Shown: positions 24,636 to 35,181, numbered from the stretch's first letter. The stretch is DNA of 64,000 bases from Thiobacillus sp. (GCA_019459055.1 JAIBEI010000041.1:863-64862); one strand, 5' to 3'. Notes: generated from the sequence alone by a model not told the origin. Numbers and translations: made by a program.

Positions 24636-25205
24636 TCAGACCGCGAGCAAATCTTTCTCTTTGTCGGCCAGCATCTTGTCGATTTCGCCGATGTACTTGT
24701 CGGTCAGCTTCTGCACCTCGTCCTGGGTGCGGCGCTCATCGTCCTCGGTCGCGGTCTTGGCCTTGACCATGTCCTTGAGCGTGCCGTTGGCATCGCGGCG
24801 GATATTGCGCACCGCGACGCGCGCGCCTTCGGCTTCGTTGCGCACCACCTTGATCAGGTCGCGGCGGCGCTCTTCGGTCAGCGAGGGCATCGGCACGCGA
24901 ATGATGTCGCCGTGCGTCGCCGGGTTCAGGCCCAGATCGCCATCACGAATTGCTTTCTCGATCTTGCCGACCATGTTCTTTTCGTACGGCTGCACACCCA
25001 GGGTACGTGAATCGACCAGCGATACGCTGGCCACTTGCGGCACCGGCGTCGGGCTGCCGTAGTAATCGACCATGACGTGATCGAGGATACCGGTGTGGGC
25101 GCGCCCGGTGCGCACCTTGGCCAGATCGTTTTTCAACGCTTCCAGCGTCTTGCCCATTTTCTGTTCGGCGGACTGCTTGATCTCGGTGATGGTGGTTTCA
25201 GCCAT
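24636..25205 (-). CDS. frr: Ribosome recycling factor
   Basis: [27 protein letters not shown] and [11 protein letters not shown]. Confidence 0.97.
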   Translation of the reverse strand: MAETTITEIKQSAEQKMGKTLEALKNDLAKVRTGRAHTGILDHVMVDYYGSPTPVPQVASVSLVDSRTLGVQPYEKNMVGKIEKAIRDGDLGLNPATHGDIIRVPMPSLTEERRRDLIKVVRNEAEGARVAVRNIRRDANGTLKDMVKAKTATEDDERRTQDEVQKLTDKYIGEIDKMLADKEKDLLAV

Positions 25206-25214
25206 TTCAACTCC

Positions 25215-25928
25215 TCAACGTAAGCTCACGCGCGTGCCTTCGTCTTCGCCCATCACCACGCGCCGCAGCGCGCCGGGCTTGAAGACATTGAACACGACCA
25301 GGTTCAGATTCTGTTCGCGGCACAGGGCAAAGGCGGCGGTGTCCAGCACCGCCAGATTGTTGGCGATCGCCTCGTCGAAACTCAGCGTTTCATAGCGTCG
25401 GGCATTCGCGTCCTTCTTCGGATCGGCGGTGTAGACGCCATCGACCTTGGTCGCCTTCAGCAGCAGGTCGGCGCCGATCTCGGCCGCACGCAAGGCCGCC
25501 GCGGTATCCGTGGTGAAGAACGGGTTGCCCGTGCCGCCGCCGAAGATCACCACCCGCCCCGCTTCCAGATGGCGCACCGCCGCGTCGCGATCGAAGTCCT
25601 CGCCAACGTGCGCGATATGGACCGCAGTTTGCACCCGCGCATCGACACCCGCCTGCTGCAGGGCGTCCCTGAAAGCCAGCGCATTCATCACCGTGGCCAG
25701 CATGCCCATCGAATCCGCACTGGCGCGGTTCATCCCGGACAGGGCGCCGGTGGCGCCGCGAAACAGGTTGCCGCCGCCGACCACGATGCCGACCTGCACG
25801 CCCAGCGCCATCACCTCGCGGATCTGGCCGACAAATCCGGCCATGGTGTCAGCGTGATAGCCGAAGCTGTCCGGCCCCATCAGGGCTTCGCCGGAAAGCT
25901 TCAGCAGGATGCGTCGGACCGGCGCCAT
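25215..25928 (-). CDS. pyrH: UMP kinase
   Basis: [31 protein letters not shown] and [17 protein letters not shown]. Confidence 0.97.
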   Translation of the reverse strand: MAPVRRILLKLSGEALMGPDSFGYHADTMAGFVGQIREVMALGVQVGIVVGGGNLFRGATGALSGMNRASADSMGMLATVMNALAFRDALQQAGVDARVQTAVHIAHVGEDFDRDAAVRHLEAGRVVIFGGGTGNPFFTTDTAAALRAAEIGADLLLKATKVDGVYTADPKKDANARRYETLSFDEAIANNLAVLDTAAFALCREQNLNLVVFNVFKPGALRRVVMGEDEGTRVSLR

Positions 25929-25934
25929 TTCCGC

Positions 25935-26807
25935 TCAGACCTGGGAAGCCGCCGCGACTTCGGCGGCGAAGTCGGACACTTTCTTCTCGATGCCCTCGCC
26001 CACCACGTACATCACGAAGCCGTGGCACTGCGAGCTCTTCGACTTCAGCACCTGCTCGACGCTCTGCTTGTCGTCCTTGACGAAGGGCTGCGACAGCAGG
26101 GTGACTTCCTTGAGGTATTTCTGCACCGTGCCATCGGCAATCTTTTCCAGCATGGCTTCCGGCTTGCCGGCTTCCTTGGCCTTCTCGATCGCAACGCGGC
26201 GCTCCGTGTCGATCAGTGCCTGCGGCACGCCCGACGAATCCAGCGACTTCGGCTTGGCCGCGGCGATGTGCATGGCGATGTCGCGTGCGAGCGCTTCGTC
26301 GCCGGTCACATCGACCAGCACGCCGATCTTGCCGCCGTGGATGTAGCTGGCGAACTTGCCCTGGCCGTCCAGGCGTACGAAGCGGCGCACCGACATGTTC
26401 TCGCCGATCTTGCCAACCAGTTCGGTACGGACGGCTTCCACCGTGGCGCCCTTGTAAGGCAGCGCAGACAGCGCGGCGACATCGGCCGGGTTCTGGTTCA
26501 GCACCATCTCGGCCAGCGCGCTGGACAATGCCAGGAAATCGTCGTTCTTCGCCACGAAGTCGGTCTCGCAGTTGACTTCCACCATGGCGGCCGATTTGCC
26601 GTCGGCACTGATCGCGATGGTCACGACGCCTTCGGCCGCCACGCGGCTGGCGCTCTTGGCAGCCCTGTTGCCGAAGCGCACGCGCAGAATTTCTTCCGCC
26701 TTCTGCATGTCACCGCCGGCTTCCGACAGCGCTTTCTTGCAATCCATCATCGGCGCATCGGTTTTTTCGCGCAGTTCCTTGACCATGCCTGCAGTAATTT
26801 CTGCCAT
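25935..26807 (-). CDS. tsf: Elongation factor Ts
   Basis: [39 protein letters not shown] and KIGENM. Confidence 0.98.
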   Translation of the reverse strand: MAEITAGMVKELREKTDAPMMDCKKALSEAGGDMQKAEEILRVRFGNRAAKSASRVAAEGVVTIAISADGKSAAMVEVNCETDFVAKNDDFLALSSALAEMVLNQNPADVAALSALPYKGATVEAVRTELVGKIGENMSVRRFVRLDGQGKFASYIHGGKIGVLVDVTGDEALARDIAMHIAAAKPKSLDSSGVPQALIDTERRVAIEKAKEAGKPEAMLEKIADGTVQKYLKEVTLLSQPFVKDDKQSVEQVLKSKSSQCHGFVMYVVGEGIEKKVSDFAAEVAAASQV

Positions 26808-26909
26808 TTCGTACTCCCATCCAGTTTCTATATGGAAAGAGGGGCCAACGCCCCTCCTCAAAATGCGTTCGCCGGGAACATCCCCCGGCGATGTTGCGGT
26901 GCGTCGCGC

Positions 26910-27665
26910 TTATTCGGCAGCAGGCGCGCCTTCTTCCATCTCTTCTTCTTCCACCTCGATGAACTCTTCGCCGCCAACGATCTCGCTGACGACCTGAGCG
27001 CGGCCTTCCAGGGCTGCATCGGCCATGCCGCGGGCATACAGGCGAATCGCGCGCGCCGAATCGTCGTTGCCGGGGATGATGTAATCCACGCCTTCCGGGC
27101 TGTTGTTGGTGTCGACCACGCCGATCACCGGGATGCCCAGCTTCTTGGCCTCGACCACGGCGCCCTTCTGGTAGCCGACGTCAACGATGAACAGTGCGTC
27201 CGGCACGCCGCCCATTTCGCGGATGCCGCCCAGGCTGCGGTTCAGCTTGTCGGCTTCGCGCTGCATGGTGAGGGTTTCTTTTTTCGACAAACGGCCCGGT
27301 TCGGCCAGAGCGGCTTCCAGTTCGTTCAATCGCTTGATCGACAGCTTGACCGTCTTGAAGTTGGTCAGCATGCCGCCCAGCCAGCGGTTGTCGACGTAAG
27401 GCATGCCGGCGCGCTGCGCTTCTTCGCGCACGATGTCGCGCGCGGCACGCTTGGTGCCGACAAACAGCACTTTGCCCTTGTTGGCGGCCAGCTGACGCAC
27501 GAATTTTTGCGCCTCCTGGAACATCGGCAGCGTTTTTTCCAGGTTGACGATATGAATCTTGTTGCGATTCCCGAAAATGAACTGGGCCATCTTGGGATTC
27601 CAGAAGCGGGTCTGGTGACCGAAGTGGACACCGGCTTCCAGCATTTGACGCATGGTGACAGACAT
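26910..27665 (-). CDS. rpsB: 30S ribosomal protein S2
   Basis: [36 protein letters not shown] and [10 protein letters not shown]. Confidence 0.98.
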   Translation of the reverse strand: MSVTMRQMLEAGVHFGHQTRFWNPKMAQFIFGNRNKIHIVNLEKTLPMFQEAQKFVRQLAANKGKVLFVGTKRAARDIVREEAQRAGMPYVDNRWLGGMLTNFKTVKLSIKRLNELEAALAEPGRLSKKETLTMQREADKLNRSLGGIREMGGVPDALFIVDVGYQKGAVVEAKKLGIPVIGVVDTNNSPEGVDYIIPGNDDSARAIRLYARGMADAALEGRAQVVSEIVGGEEFIEVEEEEMEEGAPAAE

Positions 27666-27679
27666 GAAAATCTCCTAAA

Positions 27680-27757
27680 GGGTTGAGCCTCCACCCGTCA
27701 GCAGCTGCGCGTTGGTTTGGACCTGAACGCGCCGCCACCCTTTAATGACAGGTGTGC
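27680..27757 (-). ncRNA. rpsB 5' leader (S2 autoregulatory, t44-like)
   Basis: Lies directly upstream of rpsB. The minus strand begins GCACAC and ends GTGGAGGCTCAACCC, resembling the conserved proteobacterial rpsB leader ends. Confidence 0.6.
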
Positions 27758-27831
27758 GAATTTGTCCGAACGATTTCGGACAGCCCGCAATTCTAATTCG
27801 ATAAGGCTCCCATTTCAAGGAGAAACATCCT

Positions 27832-29163
27832 TTAACGCGTCGGTCCCGCCTGCTGCAATGGAAGCTCCAGCCAAGCCGCCAGGCCGCCGCCGGTGCGCGC
27901 CTGCAGCGCCACCTGCCAGCCCTGCGCCGCAGCCAGCTGGCGCACGATGGCCAGTCCCAGCCCGGAACCGCCGGTGCTGACGCTGCGCGATGCTTCCAGC
28001 CGGTAAAACGGGCGGAACACCGCTTCCAGCTCAGCCGGCGGAATCCCCGGACCGCGGTCGAGCACACCGATGCGACAGACGCTGCCGGCTATCCCGGCAC
28101 GCAGGGTGACCGGCTGGCCGCCGCCATAGCGCAGCGCGTTTTCCAGCAGGTTGGCGAGAATGCGGCGCAGCGCGCCGGCGGGCGCCTCGAGCGTGATATC
28201 GGCCGTTTCGATCCGCACCCTGCCGGCCGCACCGGGGGTGGCACGCACCAGGTCGGCCAGCAGGTCGGCCAGCGCCACCGGCTGGCTCGCCTCGTGACCG
28301 AAACCGCGCGCCAGCATCAGCACGTCGCCGATCAGGCGGTCCATCGCCTCGATGTCGCCCTCCACCTGCGCCGCCAGCTCCGGGCCGGGCTTGCGCACCA
28401 GCATTTCCACCGCCAGCCGCAGCCGCGCCAGCGGTGTGCGCAGGTCGTGCGAGACGCCGGCCAGCAAAACGGTGCGAGCAGCCAGCAGGTCTTCCACCTG
28501 TTTCGCCATCTCGTTGAAACGGCGGCTCAAGGCGGCGATTTCGCGCGGGCCGGTTTCGGGCAGGCGCTCCGGGGTCTGCCCGCGCCCCAGCGAGGTCGCC
28601 GCCTGCTGCAGGCGCTGCAGCGGGCGCGTGGTACGGCGCGCCAACCACCAGGCCGCAAGCAGGGCCAGCAGCGCGCCGCCCGCCAGCGAGACCAGCAGGG
28701 CATGGATCGGGCGCGGGCCGATGCGGCTGTGCGGCAAACCCACCGAAAGACGGCCCCCGCCGGCTGGAAGCGACACCCAGAGCCATTCCTTGTCCCCGAC
28801 CCGCTCGCGGGAGCTGGCCACCGGCTCGCCCAGGCGCGCGCTTAACGCCTCCACCAGAATTTTCAGGTAGGGCTCGCGCCAGGCGGGGACTTCCGCGCCC
28901 TCGGGCGGCTCGGCCCGCAACGCCAGGTCGTGCGCACGCGACAGCTCAATCTCGAAAGCGGGGCGGGTGACCGGCGGCAGTTCGCTCCAGGTCTGCGCCG
29001 ACAGGGTCATCAGTCCGGCCAGGTCGGCCGCCGAGCGGCGCGCCATCGGCAACATGAGGAAATAGGCAGCGGCGGCGGCCGTCACCAGTTCAAACGCGAT
29101 CAGGAACGCCACCAGCAGCAGGGCGTTCTGCTGCGTCAGGCTGAGCCGCGACGACAGCTTCAC
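27832..29163 (-). CDS. Sensor histidine kinase (EnvZ/RisS-like, HAMP-HisKA-HATPase)
   Basis: Two transmembrane helices, HAMP, H-box VSHDLRTPL, N-box NLLENALRYG, DRGPGIP and GGSGLGLAIV. Confidence 0.93.
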   Translation of the reverse strand: MKLSSRLSLTQQNALLLVAFLIAFELVTAAAAAYFLMLPMARRSAADLAGLMTLSAQTWSELPPVTRPAFEIELSRAHDLALRAEPPEGAEVPAWREPYLKILVEALSARLGEPVASSRERVGDKEWLWVSLPAGGGRLSVGLPHSRIGPRPIHALLVSLAGGALLALLAAWWLARRTTRPLQRLQQAATSLGRGQTPERLPETGPREIAALSRRFNEMAKQVEDLLAARTVLLAGVSHDLRTPLARLRLAVEMLVRKPGPELAAQVEGDIEAMDRLIGDVLMLARGFGHEASQPVALADLLADLVRATPGAAGRVRIETADITLEAPAGALRRILANLLENALRYGGGQPVTLRAGIAGSVCRIGVLDRGPGIPPAELEAVFRPFYRLEASRSVSTGGSGLGLAIVRQLAAAQGWQVALQARTGGGLAAWLELPLQQAGPTR

Positions 29164-29921
29164 GCCTCGCCGCCGCGCGGGTTGAACAGATAGCCCTCGC
29201 CGCGCACGGTGCGGATGTACACCGGCTCGCCTGAATTGGCCTCGATCTTGCGGCGCAGGCGGGTGACGCGGGTGTCGACGCTGCGATCGAACGGATCGCG
29301 CTCGTAGCCTTTCAGCATGTCGATCAGGGTGTCACGCGACAGCACCCGCAATGGATGCTCGACCAGGATGCGCAGCAGGGCGAATTCGGCGGTCGACAGC
29401 TTGATCTCGACGCCGTCGCGGGTCAGCCGATGGCTGGCGACGTCAATCCGATAAGGCCCGAATGCGGCGCCCGCGGCGGGTTCGACCACCGGCGCCCGCG
29501 TCTGGCTGCGCCGCAGCAGCGCCCGCAGGCGCGCCAGCAGTTCGCGCGGGCTGAAGGGTTTGGCCAGGTAATCGTCGGCGCCCATTTCCAGCCCGACCAC
29601 GCGGTCGACTTCCTCGCCGCGCGCCGACAGCATGAGGATGGGTACGTTCGACCGGTCACGCAGGCGCCGCGCCAGCGACAGGCCGTCCTCGCCGGGCAGC
29701 ATCAGGTCGAGCACGATGGCGTCCGGCATGCCATGCGCCAGCAACTGCCACATGGCCGCGCCATCGCCCGCCGTTTCCACGACAAAGCCGCTGTCGCCCA
29801 GATAGACTTCCAGCAGGCTTCGCATGCCCGGGTCGTCGTCCACCACCAGAATGCGGGCGCGCACGGCGCCTGTCCGCGACACTGCGGTTTGCGATGGATC
29901 GGGTAGGCAGGATTGCATCAT
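29160..29921 (-). CDS. OmpR-family response regulator
   Basis: ILVVDDDP, VLDLMLPGEDG, ADDYLAKPFSPRELLAR and the winged helix RSVDTRVTRLRRKIE...IRTVRGEGY. Confidence 0.94.
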   Translation of the reverse strand: MMQSCLPDPSQTAVSRTGAVRARILVVDDDPGMRSLLEVYLGDSGFVVETAGDGAAMWQLLAHGMPDAIVLDLMLPGEDGLSLARRLRDRSNVPILMLSARGEEVDRVVGLEMGADDYLAKPFSPRELLARLRALLRRSQTRAPVVEPAAGAAFGPYRIDVASHRLTRDGVEIKLSTAEFALLRILVEHPLRVLSRDTLIDMLKGYERDPFDRSVDTRVTRLRRKIEANSGEPVYIRTVRGEGYLFNPRGGEA

Positions 29922-30163
29922 GCGGTAAACAAAAGACTCCAGGAGACGCACCGGTTTCGCCGGACGGATGCGGGGCCGTGCTCGACGGGCTGTGCCGCGG
30001 TGAATTATCCTACCCGACTTGGGAGGCTTCACATCGGCTCGACACACATTGACACACGCCGGCACACGCTGCCACCCGACGGACATGCCGCCGCCACCCT
30101 GCGCGTCGAGAATTCGCTCCACGCCGTCAATGGTGACGGCGCACACCAGCCTCGAACCTGACC

Positions 30164-30517
30164 ATGATGCGACCGACCCTGATCCTGCTGCCGTACCTGC
30201 TGTCCCTGGCGTCCCCCGCCATGGCCGCTGACGGACAGGAAAAGGCGCCTGCCGCGCACGCACGCCCCCTCAACCTGTCGCTGCCGCGGGACATGCCCTT
30301 GCAAGCCCCCGCGCACGACGAAATGTCCGATAAAACGGTGTTGCGCAACCTGCAAGCGCCGGCCCGGGCCGGGAATGGACCGAATGCAGGTTCCTCCCCG
30401 TCCAGCCTGCCATACGGTACGGGTTACGAACATCGCCATCGGGACACGCAAGGTTCGGGCGCGAGCGGTGGCGCGGCAGCGGGCGCGTCTCGTGGCACGG
30501 GACGTCGAGGCCGGTGA
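30164..30517 (+). CDS. Hypothetical secreted low-complexity protein
   Basis: Signal-peptide-like N-terminus (LILLPYLLSLASPAMA), LPYGTGYEHR motif and a Gly-rich tail ending RRGR. Confidence 0.7.
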   Translation: MMRPTLILLPYLLSLASPAMAADGQEKAPAAHARPLNLSLPRDMPLQAPAHDEMSDKTVLRNLQAPARAGNGPNAGSSPSSLPYGTGYEHRHRDTQGSGASGGAAAGASRGTGRRGR

Positions 30518-30551
30518 TTTCACAGGCAGCATTCATACCCAGGAGCGCAAT

Positions 30552-30827
30552 ATGAAATCCATGAAAGTTCTTTCCCTCGTTTTGCTTGCAACCAGCCTCG
30601 CCAGCGGCGCGGTCTACGCCAGGGGTGGCGGTGGCATGGGTGGCGGCGGCATGGGTGGCGGCAATGCATCCGGCGCCGACCCTAGCCAACAGCAGACCCA
30701 GGAACGCACCCAGAAACGCACGCAGAAACGCGATGGCTCGCAGACCGACGACGCTCAACGCAACGAGTATCGCTATGAAAACCGCGAACAGATGCGCAGC
30801 GAGAACACGCTGCCGTCGATGCAGTAA
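30552..30827 (+). CDS. Hypothetical secreted Gly/Gln-rich protein
   Basis: AGGAG RBS; signal peptide ending AVYA; then GGGGMGGGGMGGG and QTQERTQKRTQKRDG repeats. Confidence 0.78.
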   Translation: MKSMKVLSLVLLATSLASGAVYARGGGGMGGGGMGGGNASGADPSQQQTQERTQKRTQKRDGSQTDDAQRNEYRYENREQMRSENTLPSMQ

Positions 30828-30868
30828 TCGCGCACGGCCGGGCACTCACCCGGCCCGGCGGATCGCGG

Positions 30869-30892
30869 AGGGCGCCCATGGGCGTCCTTTTT
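30869..30892 (+). terminator. Intrinsic terminator
   Basis: AGGGCGCC-CATG-GGCGTCCT followed by a T tract. Confidence 0.65.
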
Positions 30893-30973
30893 CTCGCCCA
30901 CATTCCGCGCAGGGTTTTTTTGGTATGCACCGGTCACGCTAGAATGCGTCTTTGATTCCCATTTACCCGTTAC

Positions 30974-31783
30974 ATGACTGTCACCATCAAAACTGGCGCC
31001 GAAATCGAGGGCATGCGCGTTGCGGGCCGACTCGGCTCGGAAGTGCTCGACTACATCACGCCTTTCGTAAAACCCGGCGTCACCACCGGCGAGCTCGACC
31101 GGCTATGCCACGACTACATGGTGAACGTGCAGGGCACCATCCCGGCGCCCTTGAACTACGCACCTTCCGGCCACGTGCCCTACCCCAAATCGATCTGCAC
31201 CTCGGTCAACAACCAGATCTGCCACGGCGTGCCGAGCGACAAGGTGCTGAAAAACGGCGACATCGTGAATCTCGACATCACCGTCATCAAGGACGGCTGG
31301 CACGGCGACACCAGCCGCATGTTCGCCGTGGGCGACGTGTCGATCCAGGCCAGGCGCCTGATCCAGGTGACCTACGAAGCGATGTGGATCGGCATCGCCC
31401 ACGTCAAACCCGGTACCCGCCTGGGCGACATCGGCCACGCCATCCAGCGCTTTGCCGAAAACCATGGCTACAGCGTGGTGCGCGAATTCTGCGGCCACGG
31501 CATCGGCCGCGAGTTCCACGAGGACCCGCAGGTGCTGCACTACGGCAAGGCCGGCACCGGCCTGGTGCTGGAGCCCGGCATGACCTTCACCATCGAACCG
31601 ATGATCAACGCCGGGCGCCGCGACATCCGCCAGATGAACGATGGCTGGACCATCGTCACCAAGGACCGCAGCCTGTCGGCGCAGTGGGAACACACGGTGC
31701 TGGTCACCGAAACCGGCCATGAAGTGCTGACCGTGTCGGCCGGCAGCCCGGCCATTCCCGATCGCATCCCCCACGCCGCGTGA
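30974..31783 (+). CDS. map: Methionine aminopeptidase type I
   Basis: SICTSVNNQICHG, VNLDITV, HGDTSRM, FCGHGIG, FTIEPMIN and SAQWEHT. Confidence 0.97.
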   Translation: MTVTIKTGAEIEGMRVAGRLGSEVLDYITPFVKPGVTTGELDRLCHDYMVNVQGTIPAPLNYAPSGHVPYPKSICTSVNNQICHGVPSDKVLKNGDIVNLDITVIKDGWHGDTSRMFAVGDVSIQARRLIQVTYEAMWIGIAHVKPGTRLGDIGHAIQRFAENHGYSVVREFCGHGIGREFHEDPQVLHYGKAGTGLVLEPGMTFTIEPMINAGRRDIRQMNDGWTIVTKDRSLSAQWEHTVLVTETGHEVLTVSAGSPAIPDRIPHAA

Positions 31784-34335
31784 GCAACCCGCCGTTCGCC
31801 GATCTTCGCGAGCGGCTCAAAGCGAGCCGCGCGGCGCTGGCCGCGGCCTATCTTGAAACCCCCTCCGCCACCCGCTACCTGACCCGCCACACCGCGCTGG
31901 TCGACGGCGTGCTGTCTGAAATCGGCGCCCGGCTGGCCCTGCCCGCCAGCTTCTGTCTCGCCGCCGTCGGCGGCTACGGGCGCGGCGAGCTGTTTCCCGG
32001 CTCGGATGTGGACGTGCTGATGCTGCTGCCGCACGACCCCGCCGCCGAACAGCGGGCCACCCTGGAAAACTGGGTACAGACGTGCTGGGACGTCGGGCTG
32101 GAAATCGGCCACAGCGTGCGCACCGTCGAGGCCTGCATCACCGAGGCCGACGCCGACATCACGGTGGAAACCAACCTGCTGGAAGCGCGCTTCGTGCTGG
32201 GTGCCGTCGCCCTGTTCGACGAATTCGACCGCCGCTTTCGGGCGCGCTTCGACGCCCAGCATTTTTTCAACGGCAAGCTCGCCGAACAGCATGCGCGCCA
32301 CGCCCGCTTCGACGACAGCGCCTACAAGCTCGAGCCCAACCTGAAGGACAGCCCCGGCGGCCTGCGCGACCTGCACACCATCCACTGGCTGGCGCAGGCT
32401 TGCGGCATCACCGGCGGCTGGAGCGGCATCGCGCGCGCCGGCCTGCTGACCCCCGCCGAGGCGCGCCGCATTGCGCGCGAAGAGCGTTCCCTCTCGGCGT
32501 TGCGGATTCATCTGCATATTCTGGCGAGGCGACGCGAAGACCGCCTGGCCTTCGATTACCAGACTGATCTTGCCGAGCGTCTGGGACTTGCTGCCACCGA
32601 CAACAAACAAGCGGGCGAACGCCTGATGCAAGGCTATTACCGCGCGGCCAAACTGATCCAGCGCGCCAACGACATCCTCATCCAGTCGCTGCGGGTCCGG
32701 CTGTTTCCGGTGACCGCGCCGCCGCAACCGATCGACGCCGATTTCCAGGTGCGTGCAAGGCTGCTTGAAGCACGTGCGACCGACCTGTTCGAGCGCAAGC
32801 CCGATGCCCTGCTGCGCGCCTTCATCGTTTATGCCCAGCATCCGGAGCTGGCCGGATTCGAGCCGAGCACGCTGCGCGCGCTGTGGCGCGGCTGCACCCG
32901 CATCGACGCCGCCTTTCGCGCCAATTTGGCGCACCGCGCGCTGTTCATGGAGCTGCTGCGCCAGCCGGCCGGCATCACCCGGGCCTTGCGCGCGATGCAC
33001 CGCTACGGGCTTCTGGCACGCTATATCCCGGCGTTCGGCCGTGTCGTCGGGCAGATGCAGCATGACCTGTTCCATGTCTATACCGTGGACGAACACATCC
33101 TCACCGTGCTGCGCAACATGCGGCGTCTCACCGTGCCCGAGTTCGCGCCCGAACTCCCGCTCGCCAGCCGGATGATCGCCGCCTTCGACAAGCCCGAACT
33201 CCTGTATCTGGCAGCGCTGTTTCACGATATCGCCAAGGGCCGCGGCGGCGACCACTCCGAGCTGGGCGCGGTCGATGCGCGGCGGTTTTGCCGCCAGCAC
33301 GGACTCGACAAGCGCGACAGCGAACTGGTTGGCTGGCTGGTTGAAATGCATCTGGTGATGTCGCGTACCGCGCAGAAAGAGGATATCAGCGACCCCCAGG
33401 TGATCGCCGCCTTTGCCGCCAGAGTGGGCGACCAACGTCATCTGACGGCGCTGTATCTGCTGACCGTGGCCGACATCCGCGGCACCAGCCCCAAGGTCTG
33501 GAACGCCTGGAAAGGCAAGCTGCTGGAAGACCTCTACCATGCGGCCCGCACCCAATTGGCGGGAGGCGACGTCAGCCGCCCCGACATTGCCGCCAGGCAG
33601 AACGAAGCCCGCGCCAATGTTGCTCTGTACGGCCTGCCTGCCGATGCGGCCGACGCGCTGTGGCGGCACCTCGACGAACGCTATTTCGTCCGCTTCGATA
33701 CCCGCGACATGGCCTGGCAGGCGCGCATGCTGTGGCGCCGCACCGACAGCCCGGACGCCGTCGTGCGGGCGCGGCTGTCACCGGCCGGCGAAGGCATCCA
33801 GGTGCTGGTCTACACCCGTGACCGGCCCGACCTGTTTGCGCGCATCTGCGGCTTTTTCGCCCGCATCCAGTACACCATTCTCGAAGCCAAGATCCACACC
33901 ACCCGTCATGGCTATGCGCTCGACAGCTTCCAGGTGATGGATCTGGTCAACCGCGGCATCCATTACCGCGATTTCCTGAGCTTCGTGGAACACGAACTGT
34001 CGCGCGATCTCGATCCGGCGCACCCGATGCAGCCGGCGCCACGTGGCCGCCTGTCGCGCCACCAGCGTCACCACCCCTATCCGACCACGGTGAAGTTGGA
34101 GCCTGACGCACAGGGGCGCGGCCACATCCTGTCGATCACCTGCGCGGATCGCGGAGGGCTGCTGTTTGCGATCGCCGAGGTGCTGATGCAGCACGACGTG
34201 AGCGTCTATGCCGCGAAGATCGACACCCTGGGCGAGCGGGTCGAAGATACTTTTCTGATCGGGGGATCGGTCCTGCAGACCTCCGCGGGACACGAGGCGC
34301 TGGAGACCGAAATACGCGAAGCGCTGAAAAAATGA
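31780..34335 (+). CDS. glnD: [Protein-PII] uridylyltransferase / uridylyl-removing enzyme
   Basis: AVGGYGRGELFPGSDVD, EPNLKDSPGGLRDL, the HD domain (HVYTVDEH, LFHDIAKGRGGDH) and two ACT domains. Confidence 0.96.
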   Translation: MSNPPFADLRERLKASRAALAAAYLETPSATRYLTRHTALVDGVLSEIGARLALPASFCLAAVGGYGRGELFPGSDVDVLMLLPHDPAAEQRATLENWVQTCWDVGLEIGHSVRTVEACITEADADITVETNLLEARFVLGAVALFDEFDRRFRARFDAQHFFNGKLAEQHARHARFDDSAYKLEPNLKDSPGGLRDLHTIHWLAQACGITGGWSGIARAGLLTPAEARRIAREERSLSALRIHLHILARRREDRLAFDYQTDLAERLGLAATDNKQAGERLMQGYYRAAKLIQRANDILIQSLRVRLFPVTAPPQPIDADFQVRARLLEARATDLFERKPDALLRAFIVYAQHPELAGFEPSTLRALWRGCTRIDAAFRANLAHRALFMELLRQPAGITRALRAMHRYGLLARYIPAFGRVVGQMQHDLFHVYTVDEHILTVLRNMRRLTVPEFAPELPLASRMIAAFDKPELLYLAALFHDIAKGRGGDHSELGAVDARRFCRQHGLDKRDSELVGWLVEMHLVMSRTAQKEDISDPQVIAAFAARVGDQRHLTALYLLTVADIRGTSPKVWNAWKGKLLEDLYHAARTQLAGGDVSRPDIAARQNEARANVALYGLPADAADALWRHLDERYFVRFDTRDMAWQARMLWRRTDSPDAVVRARLSPAGEGIQVLVYTRDRPDLFARICGFFARIQYTILEAKIHTTRHGYALDSFQVMDLVNRGIHYRDFLSFVEHELSRDLDPAHPMQPAPRGRLSRHQRHHPYPTTVKLEPDAQGRGHILSITCADRGGLLFAIAEVLMQHDVSVYAAKIDTLGERVEDTFLIGGSVLQTSAGHEALETEIREALKK

Positions 34336-34336
34336 C

Positions 34337-34573
34337 TCAGATGGCGGGGCGTGCGTATTCGTCGACATAACGCCCGCGCGCGGGCGCTTTACGGGCAGGC
34401 GGCGATTTCTTGCGCACGCCGTCGGCAGGCTTTTTGACCTTTTCATCCAGCTCGGTCTTGGGACGGTTGCGGACACGGCCGGGCCGCACCGTCGTGCCGA
34501 CGCCTGCTACGAAAACCGACATTTCCGCCGGACAGACATCCCGATCCCGCAGGACAAACCGCGGCGCCTTCAT
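34337..34573 (-). CDS. Small basic hypothetical protein ending GRYVDEYA (start uncertain)
   Basis: Fills the gap between flaF-like and glnD, co-oriented with flaF-like; Lys/Arg/Pro-rich with a short acidic C-terminal motif. Confidence 0.45.
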   Translation of the reverse strand: MKAPRFVLRDRDVCPAEMSVFVAGVGTTVRPGRVRNRPKTELDEKVKKPADGVRKKSPPARKAPARGRYVDEYARPAI

Positions 34574-34680
34574 GCGCTCGGCCTCATCACCAATAGCGCT
34601 ACACCTACCCATTCCGTTTCGGCCTTGGGCGGCATTCGTCTGGCCGTCGATTCCGCTGCGCGTTGCCTTCGCCGGGTGAC

Positions 34681-35064
34681 TCATGCCGCCACCTGCCATT
34701 CCTTCAGGCTGCCCGCCAGCGTGCGCGTCAGCGCAATAAGGCTGCCCAGCGTGTCTGCACTGGGAATGGACTCGCATGAACTGATTTTGCTGTCGGCGTA
34801 CACCGACAGAATCAAGAGGTTGTGCTGCACGTCCAGCGGCAGCGTCAGCACGCCTTCAGCCAGCGCGGTCTGAATCGCATGCCAGGCCTCCCGGCTGGCC
34901 TTTAGCGCCGCGGCCAGATGAAGTTCGCGGTCGGGATCGTTCCAGTGCCGCTGCACCGCCATCAACTGGGCGACGATGGCGTCGAGCCGGGCCACCTCGC
35001 CGATCATTGCGTCGGCGGGGTTGATGCGGCTCGGGGTCTGCTGAATCGGTTGTTCCGGGCTCAT
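34681..35064 (-). CDS. FlaF-family flagellar regulator-like protein
   Basis: AAALKASREAWHAIQTAL...LPLDVQHNLLILSVY...LIALTRTLAGSL matches the FlaF pattern AL..N..LW...LP...NL..L...LI..N..IA.GL; AAGGA RBS. Confidence 0.6.
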   Translation of the reverse strand: MSPEQPIQQTPSRINPADAMIGEVARLDAIVAQLMAVQRHWNDPDRELHLAAALKASREAWHAIQTALAEGVLTLPLDVQHNLLILSVYADSKISSCESIPSADTLGSLIALTRTLAGSLKEWQVAA

Positions 35065-35116
35065 TGTTGTCCTTATTGCCTGTGCCGGGGCGCCTCGCCC
35101 ACGGTTACGCTACAAG

Positions 35117-35143
35117 TTAGCGGCGAGGACAGGAACAACTTTA
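35117..35143 (-). promoter_or_regulatory. Sigma28 (FliA)-like promoter
   Basis: Minus strand TAAAGTTG-N11-GCCGCTAA versus consensus TAAAGTTT-N11-GCCGATAA. Confidence 0.7.
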
Positions 35144-35147
35144 GGAA

Positions 35148-35163
35148 AGCTAAATTCGTGCCT
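35148..35163 (-). promoter_or_regulatory. Sigma54 (-24/-12)-like promoter
   Basis: Minus strand AGGCACGAATTTAGCT, which has GG-N10-GC spacing with a GGCACG core. Confidence 0.5.
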
Positions 35164-35181
35164 GAATGCGTCGAAATCCCG

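Noticed and set aside
25569-27686. Long antisense ORFs (e.g. 25569-27686, 31540-33669, 41469-43739, 62471-63991)
   Set aside because: These are shadow ORFs opposite well-conserved genes, expected in high-GC DNA, with no motifs.
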